From a virus: a DNA stretch of 64,000 bases. Every line of letters begins with the position of its first letter. Positions within the stretch are counted from its first letter, which is position 1. The notes under the pieces are model-generated. The model had not been told where the DNA came from. It saw only the letters and a program-made list of their open reading frames with translations, and searched no databases. The DNA is taken from positions 1 through 64,000 of IMG/VR virus record IMGVR_UViG_3300020579_000006. One strand, given 5' to 3'. The position numbers were made by a program, and so were the translations under genes. This document shows, piece by piece, positions 38,790 through 48,117 of this stretch.

Positions 38790-40186
38790 TGAAACGTTTA
38801 TTATTGACTGTCCTATTCATAGTTTCATTTGGATTTCCGGCCAAAGCTGCAAATCCTACTTTTGTAGGTAGCGCAACTCCAGTTACTAGTACTAATGGTA
38901 CTGACACTTCAATAACTATAACCTACAGTCCTTCTTCTGGAAACTGTGTACTTATTGCTTTAGGTTCTAATGTTAGTACTCTTTCTATCTCATCCGTAAA
39001 AGATAGTAGTAATAACGTAATCCCTCTCTTAGTTTTAGATACTAATGGAAGCAAATTTTCTGCTATTTATGGTACTACTGGTGTCGCTTCTGGAATAACG
39101 TCTTTTACGGTCACGTTTACTGCTGGACCACATATTTGGGGCACAGTAGCGGAATATTCCGGTGTATCTAACTTCGGTCAAATAACCGACGGAGATACGG
39201 CTGGAACGGTAACATCTGCTAGCCTAAGTATAACTACTCAAGCCAACAATAACATATTTGTTGGAATGTTTACTATATACGGTAGTGCTACAGGTATTAC
39301 TGGTACCGGGTCCACTAACGTTCGTCAAACCAGTAGTTTTTCTGATGTAGGCGCTTTTGCGGACACCGCTCTGGCTACTGCTGGTTCTATATCGACCGCT
39401 ATTAGCTGGACCGTGGCTTCGCCATATGCGGCGGTAGGACTTGAACTATCTAGTAATCCTATGAATATAGTACAGTTTATCGGGGCTAATTGCAACTCCG
39501 CTACTACTTGTTCCGCCACATTTACTCAGGCAGTTCAAATAAGTAACTATGTTATTCCTGTTTCATATGATGGTACATCGTCTTCAGCAAATGATACTTT
39601 TTCAGACGGTACAAATAGTTATACTCAAGTAATGCCTACTACTGGCGGCACTCCCCACTCTTTTTGTGGTCTGTCAGTGGATGGAGATACTGTAGCTATG
39701 TCTTATGCTAAAGCCACCACTAACGTTGCTCTGACCGTTACTATAGCGAATGGTGGGACAAGCGGTCATAAAATCATCTTATTAGCGGAAGTTAACGGAC
39801 TTGCATCTTCTAGTCCTTTAGACCAAACGTCTAGTTGTATTAATACTTCTGGAGTTACTTCTTTAACTACTGGTAGCGTAACTACGGGTTTTACAAATGA
39901 AATTATACTAGCAGTTTTTGGTTTAGCTGCATCAGCTACTTTTACTCCAGGAACAAACTATATACTATTATCTCAAATACCTAGTGGAGCAGGCAACGGA
40001 GTGGAAGGAAATGAGTCTAGAGAAGTAACGTCTATAGCCAGCTACAACGCTTCTATGACTATTAGTGCTTCCCAAGAAATGGCCGGATTTTTAGCTACTT
40101 TTAAAGCGGCTATTCAGCCTGTTCCTACTACGGCTTCTATGACATTCGGACCAACAAAAGTACTAGGAGGCACTACTAAATGGTAA
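38789..40186 (+). CDS. beta-rich adhesin-like protein (GTG start at 38789)
   Basis: TAGTG coupling; signal-peptide-like N-terminus; two repeated domains. Confidence 0.6.
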   Translation: MKRLLLTVLFIVSFGFPAKAANPTFVGSATPVTSTNGTDTSITITYSPSSGNCVLIALGSNVSTLSISSVKDSSNNVIPLLVLDTNGSKFSAIYGTTGVASGITSFTVTFTAGPHIWGTVAEYSGVSNFGQITDGDTAGTVTSASLSITTQANNNIFVGMFTIYGSATGITGTGSTNVRQTSSFSDVGAFADTALATAGSISTAISWTVASPYAAVGLELSSNPMNIVQFIGANCNSATTCSATFTQAVQISNYVIPVSYDGTSSSANDTFSDGTNSYTQVMPTTGGTPHSFCGLSVDGDTVAMSYAKATTNVALTVTIANGGTSGHKIILLAEVNGLASSSPLDQTSSCINTSGVTSLTTGSVTTGFTNEIILAVFGLAASATFTPGTNYILLSQIPSGAGNGVEGNESREVTSIASYNASMTISASQEMAGFLATFKAAIQPVPTTASMTFGPTKVLGGTTKW

Positions 40187-42798
40187 GAGCACTCCTAGCA
40201 ACGATTATTCTCCTTTTAACTAGTATATCGGCTTTTAGTCAAACTCAAATAACAGGGTCTACTACTATAGCCGGAAACATTTCTCTTGGTACTGCTGTAG
40301 CAATAGGCCCTAATACTGGTTTACCTCCCGACCAGCTTCCAGTAGGTTCTGGTTGGCACGACCTAGGAGTCCAGAGTTCTCTAAACGGAAGTGGTCAATG
40401 CTTTACTCCCGCTCCTCCTGGTTCTACTGGTTGCGAATCCGTTCTTGGTTCTTGGGGTAGTGGAGCCATGATGCAAATGTCTGCCCAAATGTGCGTAAAT
40501 GGCGGCGGGCACGTAAACTATAGCGGTAACGAAATATATTGTTTAACTCTAACCGGTTCTAGTGGCTGGACATGGGTACGTATAACAAATCCTACTTCTC
40601 CTTACTCCACTACTAGCCAAGACTGTTTACCAGAAGGGTTTAATTGCAGTTCTTTAACTGTAGGGTCTACAAACGGATTTCCGCAGTCTGTCCATCCATA
40701 TAACGGATTAACATCCATTCCTAACCAAAATCGTATGGTACGCTGTATGGGTTCTAAGGCCGTTAGTGGAAACACAACTCTGTGGTGCTGGTCGTATGAT
40801 TTTACAAATAATTTTTGGACTTTAGAAGATAAGTCAGTTGTTGGTAGTAATTGCTCTGGCGCTACTGCACAAGGACTTGGTGGTCACGCAGTATACGATA
40901 ATTATACAGGTCATGTTTTTATAAATAGTGTTGGGTGCTTATACGAACTCGACCCAGTTGCACACACAACGATACAACTGGTTTCTTTTGATAACGTAGC
41001 TATAGATGACCACTTAACGTCTGATATAGACCCTATTCGTCATTTAATGGTGTATGTTGGTTGTGCCGGATGTAGCGGCAGCCCTAGTGGTATTGTTACT
41101 ACAGATATTACTCCAGGCAGTGCTCATACTCACACCAATCTAACCTCTTCCATGACCGGTTGCACCGCTATTGGCGGTCAAAGTTATAATGGTATTGCCT
41201 ATGACCCGGTAACTACTCTCATGGTTGTGTTGCTTACTGACGTTTCGCACATGTATTACGTAAACGTAAGTGCGAATGCGGTACTGACACAACAAGGTTC
41301 AATTGCAGCTAAAAGCTGTGTCGAGATTACTGGTTTTACCGGCGGACCAACTAGTGCAGGTCTTTCAGGTAATTATAACGGTCTTTTTAAGCGCTGGTCT
41401 TATGCGGCATTTTGCGACTGTTTTGTTTATGTAGGAGACTTTAATCAGGATAGTTTTATCTTCCGGCTACCAAGACTTCCTGTTGACCAGCAACAGTTCG
41501 TGGCATCTTCGGCTAGTCCGCAAGTGTTCCGCGCACTTGGCCTAAACGTGGCTTGCGACCTGACAGATGGCTGTGATGGCACGTTCGATGGTTTCAAATC
41601 GAACGACCTACCCGCCAATCCGCCGGTATTAGATAACGCTGTCGCAGGAACCGTAGGAGCCATCAAGTTTACGGTACCAGCGCAAGGCGGACCAAATGAC
41701 GCAGGGTCTATTCGTTACAATTTTAATCCTATCGGTGCAACTACAAACCAGTTCGGAACCGGCGGAGAGTTCTGGGTAAAGTATCGCGTCCGTTGGGATA
41801 ATTGGGGAACGTGGGCCGTCACCGCTGGACAGAGCGCAGCGGGGCCAAAGTTCGATATAACCGGTGCTGGACAGTCAGCAAGCGATGTTAGCCTAGAAGT
41901 AGGTTCCTGCACCATTCTTGAACAGACCACGCAGGATGTTGCAGGACGTAAGTTTATTCAGATGTACACTTCTTGCGGAAATTTTATCAGCTACGAGGCT
42001 CCCGCTGTTGGTTCTACATTTGACCTTGAACCCGGTTTGAACGGGCAGTGCCTATACCAATCCACACAAACTGACTGTTACAAATATCTAAATAACCTAA
42101 ACACATGGGTTGACATTGTAAAACATGTCAAAATTAACGAAATGTCTGGTCCTGGTAAAGGAACATCGAAGATTGAGCTATGGGCAGCACCGGACGGCCA
42201 ACCACTGCAAACCTTGGTTAGTGTTTCTGACGCAGGAATATATCCAGATAATACCGGCTCCGACCCGCATAGTTCGCTATTGTACGGTAAGGTCTGGCTA
42301 CTTCCCTACATCTCGAATCGCGACAACACGGTCAACGACGGCTTCGTGACGCACGTCTGGTACGACAAGCTTGAACTCTCGCGGGGCTGTATTACCGTTC
42401 CCGGACCGCTCATCTCCGTGCAAGGTATTTGCCCGGCGACGCTCATCAAGGCGACAGACGTAGATAGCACGCACGTCACCGTGACTTGGCAACATAACGA
42501 CCTTTATGGGCTAGACACCTATATAGTGGAGCGTTGTCCCGGTGTAATTAACGATTGTGGCAAGAACCCGGCAGCGAACTTTACGCAAATTGCTATTACT
42601 GATACCGCGAATCACATTTGCACCAACCTTTTGGCCTGTAGCTTTACGGATTCGACTGTAACAACCGGTCACACTTATAGTTACCGCGTTCGTCCTGTGC
42701 GGCTTATCTATGGCATTACTTATAAAGGACCATACACCGGCGGATTGTGCTACCTTGGTGCTACTGGAACTTGCGACCCCACAACTACAACACCATAA
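40180..42798 (+). CDS. receptor-binding/depolymerase-like protein (propeller, lyase/LamG-like and FN3-like domains)
   Basis: 'GGGH.NYSGNE.Y', 'G..FWVKYRVRWD', 'W.D...V', C-terminal 'FTD.TV..G.TY.YRV'. Confidence 0.6.
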   Translation: MVRALLATIILLLTSISAFSQTQITGSTTIAGNISLGTAVAIGPNTGLPPDQLPVGSGWHDLGVQSSLNGSGQCFTPAPPGSTGCESVLGSWGSGAMMQMSAQMCVNGGGHVNYSGNEIYCLTLTGSSGWTWVRITNPTSPYSTTSQDCLPEGFNCSSLTVGSTNGFPQSVHPYNGLTSIPNQNRMVRCMGSKAVSGNTTLWCWSYDFTNNFWTLEDKSVVGSNCSGATAQGLGGHAVYDNYTGHVFINSVGCLYELDPVAHTTIQLVSFDNVAIDDHLTSDIDPIRHLMVYVGCAGCSGSPSGIVTTDITPGSAHTHTNLTSSMTGCTAIGGQSYNGIAYDPVTTLMVVLLTDVSHMYYVNVSANAVLTQQGSIAAKSCVEITGFTGGPTSAGLSGNYNGLFKRWSYAAFCDCFVYVGDFNQDSFIFRLPRLPVDQQQFVASSASPQVFRALGLNVACDLTDGCDGTFDGFKSNDLPANPPVLDNAVAGTVGAIKFTVPAQGGPNDAGSIRYNFNPIGATTNQFGTGGEFWVKYRVRWDNWGTWAVTAGQSAAGPKFDITGAGQSASDVSLEVGSCTILEQTTQDVAGRKFIQMYTSCGNFISYEAPAVGSTFDLEPGLNGQCLYQSTQTDCYKYLNNLNTWVDIVKHVKINEMSGPGKGTSKIELWAAPDGQPLQTLVSVSDAGIYPDNTGSDPHSSLLYGKVWLLPYISNRDNTVNDGFVTHVWYDKLELSRGCITVPGPLISVQGICPATLIKATDVDSTHVTVTWQHNDLYGLDTYIVERCPGVINDCGKNPAANFTQIAITDTANHICTNLLACSFTDSTVTTGHTYSYRVRPVRLIYGITYKGPYTGGLCYLGATGTCDPTTTTP

Positions 42799-42806
42799 GG
42801 AGAAAC

Positions 42807-43202
42807 ATGAAAAAGATATTACTTATTGTCGGATTTTTAATTTTAGCGGGTTTTGCTTCTTATAAATACGCATATGGTCAAGGTCCGAATCCGGTTCCCT
42901 TACAGCTAACTTTATCAGGGGTTCATACTCAGTGTGTTCCTAATGCGGCTACTACTCCCGCTCATTTAGATGTTTGCGGAGCAGGAGATGGAATATTTCT
43001 TGCTAATAATGGCGGTGCTTTTGTACAAGTAGCAACTGTTACGGTAACTGCTCAAGGAGTAACACAAATTACTATTTGTAACGCTGCCGGTGCATCTTGT
43101 GGTGCTGCTCAAACCGGAGCAGTTAGTATAAATATCCCTAAGTCAGTCGTGGTAACTGCGCCCGCTACTACGACCGTAACTCCTACTGCGACACTACAAT
43201 AA
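42807..43202 (+). CDS. secreted/membrane-anchored protein
   Basis: AGGAG RBS; MKKILLIVGF signal-like start. Confidence 0.55.
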   Translation: MKKILLIVGFLILAGFASYKYAYGQGPNPVPLQLTLSGVHTQCVPNAATTPAHLDVCGAGDGIFLANNGGAFVQVATVTVTAQGVTQITICNAAGASCGAAQTGAVSINIPKSVVVTAPATTTVTPTATLQ

Positions 43203-43435
43203 TGGTACCAGATACATTCATCAAAGAGATATTTAACGAAGAGAACGGTAAAACCAGCTTTGCTCGAATAGGCAGTTTCCTTTCTCTTCTTGCGGGCGTG
43301 GGATGGGTATCATACTTAGTGTATAAAAACCACGTTCTTCCTGACCTGAGTGGTATCTCTTTATTTATAGGAGTGCCTTATGGTACTAATAAGTTCACTA
43401 ATTTTATCGGCCAGTTTACAGGCAAAGGACAATAA
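43202..43435 (+). CDS. holin-like membrane protein
   Basis: 'G..S..RI' followed by two TM segments. Confidence 0.55.
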   Translation: MVPDTFIKEIFNEENGKTSFARIGSFLSLLAGVGWVSYLVYKNHVLPDLSGISLFIGVPYGTNKFTNFIGQFTGKGQ

Positions 43436-43473
43436 ATACTTGTCCGGTTTCCGGACTTTAAAGGAGTACTTCC

Positions 43474-43854
43474 GTGGCAAACAGCTATAACAGCAACCCT
43501 CTAATTTTCGATACCGATACAACACAGGGTTGGCGTTCATTACAAACTCTTAATACCGGAAACCTACCTACGACCGCACAACAACTTTCTGGAGCCGTAA
43601 CTAGACAGTGGGGTGTTCGAGTCACTAAGATTGTTCTAGAGTCTAATGGAACTACTGTTGCAGGAGTAGTAACAGTAGCAGACCCAAATGATGGAACTAT
43701 TTTATGGAATTCGGGCGTGGCAGCGGCTGCCGGGGCTACCGGTACCATACTAACACGAGAAGATTTTGCTGACCACTTTCCCGCTTGGAGAGATTTTAAG
43801 ATAACAGGCTTAACCGCGACTGTTACAAAAGTATACATATGGTATAGAAGTTAA
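43474..43854 (+). CDS. putative structural protein
   Basis: AAGGAG RBS after a 15-bp motif. Confidence 0.6.
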   Translation: MANSYNSNPLIFDTDTTQGWRSLQTLNTGNLPTTAQQLSGAVTRQWGVRVTKIVLESNGTTVAGVVTVADPNDGTILWNSGVAAAAGATGTILTREDFADHFPAWRDFKITGLTATVTKVYIWYRS

Positions 43855-43863
43855 AGGACTTAT

Positions 43864-44139
43864 ATGGCTAAAGATAGAGTATCAGAAGTAATGGGTGGAA
43901 AGAAATCCAGCAAGAAACCGGCCAAGAAAAAGGGCGGGAAGAAAACCAAAGGTATGCATGTACGAAAAGCCACTAGCGGTGGTTACATTGCCAAGCATGA
44001 CGCACCCGAACCCGGTGCGGAGCAGGAAGAACACGCCCTTCCAGACATGGCCGCCCTTCAAGAACACATGGCTCAGAATCTACAAGGCGAAGAAGAACCC
44101 GGTGGCGGCATGCCCGCACCCGCCCAAGCGATGGCTTAA
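43864..44139 (+). CDS. small protein with Lys-rich N-terminus
   Basis: AAGGA RBS. Confidence 0.6.
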   Translation: MAKDRVSEVMGGKKSSKKPAKKKGGKKTKGMHVRKATSGGYIAKHDAPEPGAEQEEHALPDMAALQEHMAQNLQGEEEPGGGMPAPAQAMA

Positions 44140-44402
44140 TGTCTAGGTTTAAAGCTGCCCGCCATGTTCTTGGCGGTAAATCTCGCAAGAAAATTCGTTC
44201 AGTTCGTGGTCGCCGAAAGATTAAGAAAACTGTGGATGAGTGGAAAGCGGGAACTCTGCATAGCGGGTCTAAGACAGGTCCTGTAGTTAAGTCACAGAAG
44301 CAAGCGGTCGCAATTTCGCTCTCGCAAGGTCGCAAGCACGTAAGGAAGGGTAGTCCGGAAAATGAACACAATAGAACCAGCACCTCCGAAACAGGGGTGT
44401 AA
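44139..44402 (+). CDS. DUF6496-like protein
   Basis: 'EWKAGTLHSGSKTGPVVKSQKQAVAISLS'. Confidence 0.75.
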   Translation: MSRFKAARHVLGGKSRKKIRSVRGRRKIKKTVDEWKAGTLHSGSKTGPVVKSQKQAVAISLSQGRKHVRKGSPENEHNRTSTSETGV

Positions 44403-44480
44403 GCCAGTAAATGGAAGCTGTCCGGTTTTGGAAACCGGTGTCGCAAGACTTTAGAGGTTCGAGTCCTCTCACCCCTACCA
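44393..44480 (+). tRNA. tRNA with TGG (Pro) anticodon but long class II variable arm
   Basis: AGGGGTG/CACCCCT acceptor stem, CCGGT-TTTGGAA-ACCGG, variable hairpin GTC-GCAA-GAC, A73, CCA. Confidence 0.75.
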
Positions 44481-44484
44481 TCTT

Positions 44485-44559
44485 TGCTCTGGAGAACCGG
44501 CAGTTCAAGCAAGCCTCATAAACTCGCCTCCGTGGGTTCGACTCCCACCCGAGCAACCA
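44485..44559 (+). tRNA. degenerate tRNA with CAT anticodon
   Basis: GTGGG-TTCGACT-CCCAC T-arm, loop CTCATAA, CCA; mismatched acceptor and anticodon stems. Confidence 0.6.
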
Positions 44560-44574
44560 TCTTAAAGGCAGAAA

Positions 44575-46437
44575 ATGGAATATGTAGAGTTTTCAGATGA
44601 CGAACTATACGAAAAAATGGCGGACGTTAGACAGAAGTTTCCTCCTAAAGATACCGCTGAATTTGAAAACTACAAAAAGCTATTACCTCTGACCGACTTA
44701 GGAAAAGAAGTCCGCCGTAGGGCGGAGACAGATTTATTCTTTTTTGCTAAGTATTTTATAGGTTATGACAATCAGAAAAATGACATGATTGTTGACCATG
44801 TTCACCGCCGGTTGTGTGAACTGTTCGTAAAAAAAGATAAATCAAAAGATATTAAAAGTCAGGACACCCGCAAGGAAAGACTTGTTCTTTATCCTCGCGG
44901 AAGCTTAAAAAGTACCATAGATGTCATAGACGCGGCCCAATGGATTCTGAATTTTCCTAATATCCGAATCCTGTTCCTGACTGCTGCCGATGACCTAGCT
45001 GTTGGTTTCGTAGACCAGTTAAAGAACTTTTTTATTATCAGAATGGATTCTCCGAGTTTTATGAATCTGTTCTTTCCCGAGTTTTGTATACCGGATACTA
45101 AAACCGCACTAGGGAGCGCGTTTACTTTTAACTGTCCTAAGCGCACTATCTTTGACGATAAAGATTCTACAGTCAGAGCACTGTCCGTTCTTTCGACCGG
45201 TTCGGGTTTTCACTTTGACGTAATGAAAGCTGACGACGCGGTATCTGACCGTAATTCTGAAAACGAAGAACAGTGCATCAAAGTAACTAAAAAGATTAAT
45301 CTAGCTCGCAAGATGCTGATGGCTTGGGGTTTTTTCGACCGTATCGGAACCCGGTATCACGAAATAGACAACTACGGACAGACACTTGAAAAAGAACTTA
45401 TTGGCGAAGTCGAACGCCATAGCGGACCTTGTTGGGAACAGATAGACGTAAAATCGTCCGGTTTGCGGATTTTAATTGGCCGCGCTATTGTTCTGAAACC
45501 CGGCAACGAAAATAAGACTTATGGTGATGCAGGCGAAGAAGGCTGTAATCTTCTGTTTCCTGAATACATGAGTTTTAGTTGGCTGATGAATGAACTCCAT
45601 AAAGACGAGTTTATTTTTGAAGGCCAGTTAAACCAGAATCCCCGCCCTAAAAGCCACATTACTTTTGACCGGCCTTTACTTCTAAGTCATACAGTTCCTT
45701 TTAAAGAACTTCCGGTAAACGGACCAATTGCTATAACCTGGGATTTTGCTTTCAGTCAGAAAAAAGACCGGGACTATAGTACAGCAGCAGTTGGTATTTG
45801 GAACGACAAAGGCCAGCTTTTCATTTTAGATTTAGTCCGGGCTAAATTTAATCACACTACCTTAGCAAAAGCCATAGTTGATTTAGCAGCACACTGGCAT
45901 CCTATGATTATAGGAATTGAGGATGCTGCGGGTTCTAGATTCCTCGAACCTACTATTATTAATGAAGCTCGTAATCGCGGAATGGCAGATGTACTAGCTA
46001 TCTGTAGTAAGATAGACTGGTTTCCGCCGGAACAACAGAAAGATGCTAAGAAATCGCGTATGGCAGCCCTTCATCCTTGGCTGGTTAACAACATGCTTTA
46101 TTTCGCTGCCCATCTTCCGTATCTGGAAATTCTTTACAGCGAGTTTGAGAAGTGCTTAGTCAGTCATCATCACGACGATATACCAGACGTGATTTCTCAG
46201 CTTCCTCGTTACGCACCTCGCATGAATAATATGATTGCTAAGAATGAAGTCGTGACGATGACGCGCGAGGAAGCCGCGTTTAATTTAATGTTTAATGAAG
46301 GAACCGACCCATATGGCCGAATTGGTCTGGGTTTTGTACCTCAACCTTTAACACCCAGTATTACAGATGTAGGACCAGAAGCGCAAACACCTCATGGAGA
46401 CCTAGCACCATTACTCGGGGCCGGGTTATGTGGATAA
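44575..46437 (+). CDS. terL: terminase large subunit
   Basis: Walker A-like 'YPRGSLKST', 'G.HFDV..ADD', 'IGTRYH..D.YG', nuclease 'WDFA...DYS', 'HDDIPD'. Confidence 0.92.
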   Translation: MEYVEFSDDELYEKMADVRQKFPPKDTAEFENYKKLLPLTDLGKEVRRRAETDLFFFAKYFIGYDNQKNDMIVDHVHRRLCELFVKKDKSKDIKSQDTRKERLVLYPRGSLKSTIDVIDAAQWILNFPNIRILFLTAADDLAVGFVDQLKNFFIIRMDSPSFMNLFFPEFCIPDTKTALGSAFTFNCPKRTIFDDKDSTVRALSVLSTGSGFHFDVMKADDAVSDRNSENEEQCIKVTKKINLARKMLMAWGFFDRIGTRYHEIDNYGQTLEKELIGEVERHSGPCWEQIDVKSSGLRILIGRAIVLKPGNENKTYGDAGEEGCNLLFPEYMSFSWLMNELHKDEFIFEGQLNQNPRPKSHITFDRPLLLSHTVPFKELPVNGPIAITWDFAFSQKKDRDYSTAAVGIWNDKGQLFILDLVRAKFNHTTLAKAIVDLAAHWHPMIIGIEDAAGSRFLEPTIINEARNRGMADVLAICSKIDWFPPEQQKDAKKSRMAALHPWLVNNMLYFAAHLPYLEILYSEFEKCLVSHHHDDIPDVISQLPRYAPRMNNMIAKNEVVTMTREEAAFNLMFNEGTDPYGRIGLGFVPQPLTPSITDVGPEAQTPHGDLAPLLGAGLCG

Positions 46438-46651
46438 TATGGAAGATAAAAGAAATCGACTCACTACAAAAGCTGTGGTCTATGACGATTTAGATACAGA
46501 CGAAATAGAGATTAAAATAGTATTGAAAGAAGGAAAAACCTCTAAGGATTGTAGTCCATTTGTAATGGAGAGAGTGTTACTCAATCATATGTTTCGCAGT
46601 TGGCCAACTTGGTGGGAATATTGGATGAAACCAGGAAGTACACTAGGATAA
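46430..46651 (+). CDS. hypothetical protein
   Basis: Operon packing. Confidence 0.45.
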   Translation: MDNMEDKRNRLTTKAVVYDDLDTDEIEIKIVLKEGKTSKDCSPFVMERVLLNHMFRSWPTWWEYWMKPGSTLG

Positions 46652-46652
46652 T

Positions 46653-46880
46653 ATGGAACATGAAACGCCAGACAGTTTTATTGTGAACCCCCCAGTAGGA
46701 AACTCGAACTTAGAGTTCAGAGCGGAGTGCATAAAGTATGTGGAGCCGTACGTACGAGAAAACGGTATCCCACTCGACTGGAATAAATTTAATGCATTAG
46801 TTTTCGACGGTTCTTTAGAAGGAATTGTTTCAGGAGACCCTGAAGTAATAGAAAAATCTTTACATAAGATGAAAGAATAG
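46653..46880 (+). CDS. hypothetical protein
   Basis: AGGA RBS. Confidence 0.5.
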   Translation: MEHETPDSFIVNPPVGNSNLEFRAECIKYVEPYVRENGIPLDWNKFNALVFDGSLEGIVSGDPEVIEKSLHKMKE

Positions 46881-47413
46881 TCTTTAAAATATATTTGGTT
46901 ACTAACATTGTTAATGGCAAAGTCTATGTTGGCAAAACAGGTCAGACCATAGATGCTAGATGGAAAGAACATCTTAAATTGGCCAGACTAAACTATCCTT
47001 CTTACTTTTACAGAGCAATGAGAAAATATGGACCGGATATGTTTAAGGTAAGAGAAATAGATTGTGTAGAGACCAACGAACTTGCTAACGTACGAGAAAC
47101 TTACTGGATAACTCAAGTCTTCAAATCCCACTGTTCGGAAAACGGATATAATTCAACACTTGGTGGAGAGGGAGTTATAAGAAACGAAGAGTCAGAAAGA
47201 AAAAGAATAGATGCCCTACAAGGTAGAAAAGTTTCTGAGGAAACTAGAAGAAAAATTAGCGTTGCAAATTCAGGGAGAAAATTTTCTGATGAACACAGAA
47301 AGAAATTAAGTGATGCAAAATTAGGGGACAAACACCCTCTTTTTGGTAAGCATCATTCAGAAGAAACTCGTAAGAAGATGAGTAAAACTCACCTACGACG
47401 ACAAGAGTTATAG
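46877..47413 (+). CDS. GIY-YIG/NUMOD3 homing endonuclease (start uncertain: ATA 46877 or TTG 46895)
   Basis: FKIYLVTN.VNGKVYVGKT...GYNSTLGGEG; NUMOD3 repeats; close paralogue of 58182. Confidence 0.88.
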   Translation: MVFKIYLVTNIVNGKVYVGKTGQTIDARWKEHLKLARLNYPSYFYRAMRKYGPDMFKVREIDCVETNELANVRETYWITQVFKSHCSENGYNSTLGGEGVIRNEESERKRIDALQGRKVSEETRRKISVANSGRKFSDEHRKKLSDAKLGDKHPLFGKHHSEETRKKMSKTHLRRQEL

Positions 47414-47434
47414 TAAAATTCAAGGAGTAATAAT

Positions 47435-48073
47435 ATGAAAGTTGTTGCTGGAAAAGGTACGAAAGTAGACCCTAAGAAACCAAATCGGGCATGGGAAAAT
47501 GAATCCTACGAGTTGGTTGAAAATGTAAACCAAGGTCCGGCTGGTGCTCGCAAAGGTAAAGTTATGGGTGGGCATAATCAGACCTCCGATAACATGGCTG
47601 AAAAGAACCAGTTAATCGGAATAGACGGTGCTAAACAAGACCCGTATCGCGCCGAAGGTTCTGACTGGCCTGACGGCAAAACTAGCGCTGACGCCGACCA
47701 CGGTCAAGGTGGGGGGGCTACGTATGAAAACCCCAATGGCGGCGGCAAGAACGAGTTAGTTATCGATTCCGAGAATCAATGCGGGCCGCGTCACGTCGAA
47801 GATGATGGTTCTGGAGAACACGGTGCTGGTACACCCGTACCCGGCAATCGCGCTGCCCGAGTTGCATCGAACTTTCCTATTGACTGGAATGATGGCGAAA
47901 GCCGTTCAGATGGCGGAGAAATAAGCATCTGGCAATCTGTTGACCTACAAACCGGTCATATCGTTGGTGGCGAACAAACCAGAGTTATGGATGTTCCTGA
48001 TTTCAACGTTCACATACCGTCGGCTAAATCTGCCGGTTCTAAATCAGGCCGAGTAGCACGCGACCTAAAGTAA
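47435..48073 (+). CDS. hypothetical (possibly virion internal) protein
   Basis: AAGGAG RBS; Gly/Asp-rich. Confidence 0.6.
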   Translation: MKVVAGKGTKVDPKKPNRAWENESYELVENVNQGPAGARKGKVMGGHNQTSDNMAEKNQLIGIDGAKQDPYRAEGSDWPDGKTSADADHGQGGGATYENPNGGGKNELVIDSENQCGPRHVEDDGSGEHGAGTPVPGNRAARVASNFPIDWNDGESRSDGGEISIWQSVDLQTGHIVGGEQTRVMDVPDFNVHIPSAKSAGSKSGRVARDLK

Positions 48074-48117
48074 TAGTCCGGAAACTGAACACTTAGAAGG
48101 GGCGGAGACAGCACAGA

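Noticed and set aside
33180-42798. Diversity-generating retroelement targeting the adhesins
   Set aside because: No reverse transcriptase or TR/VR pair was seen in this window.
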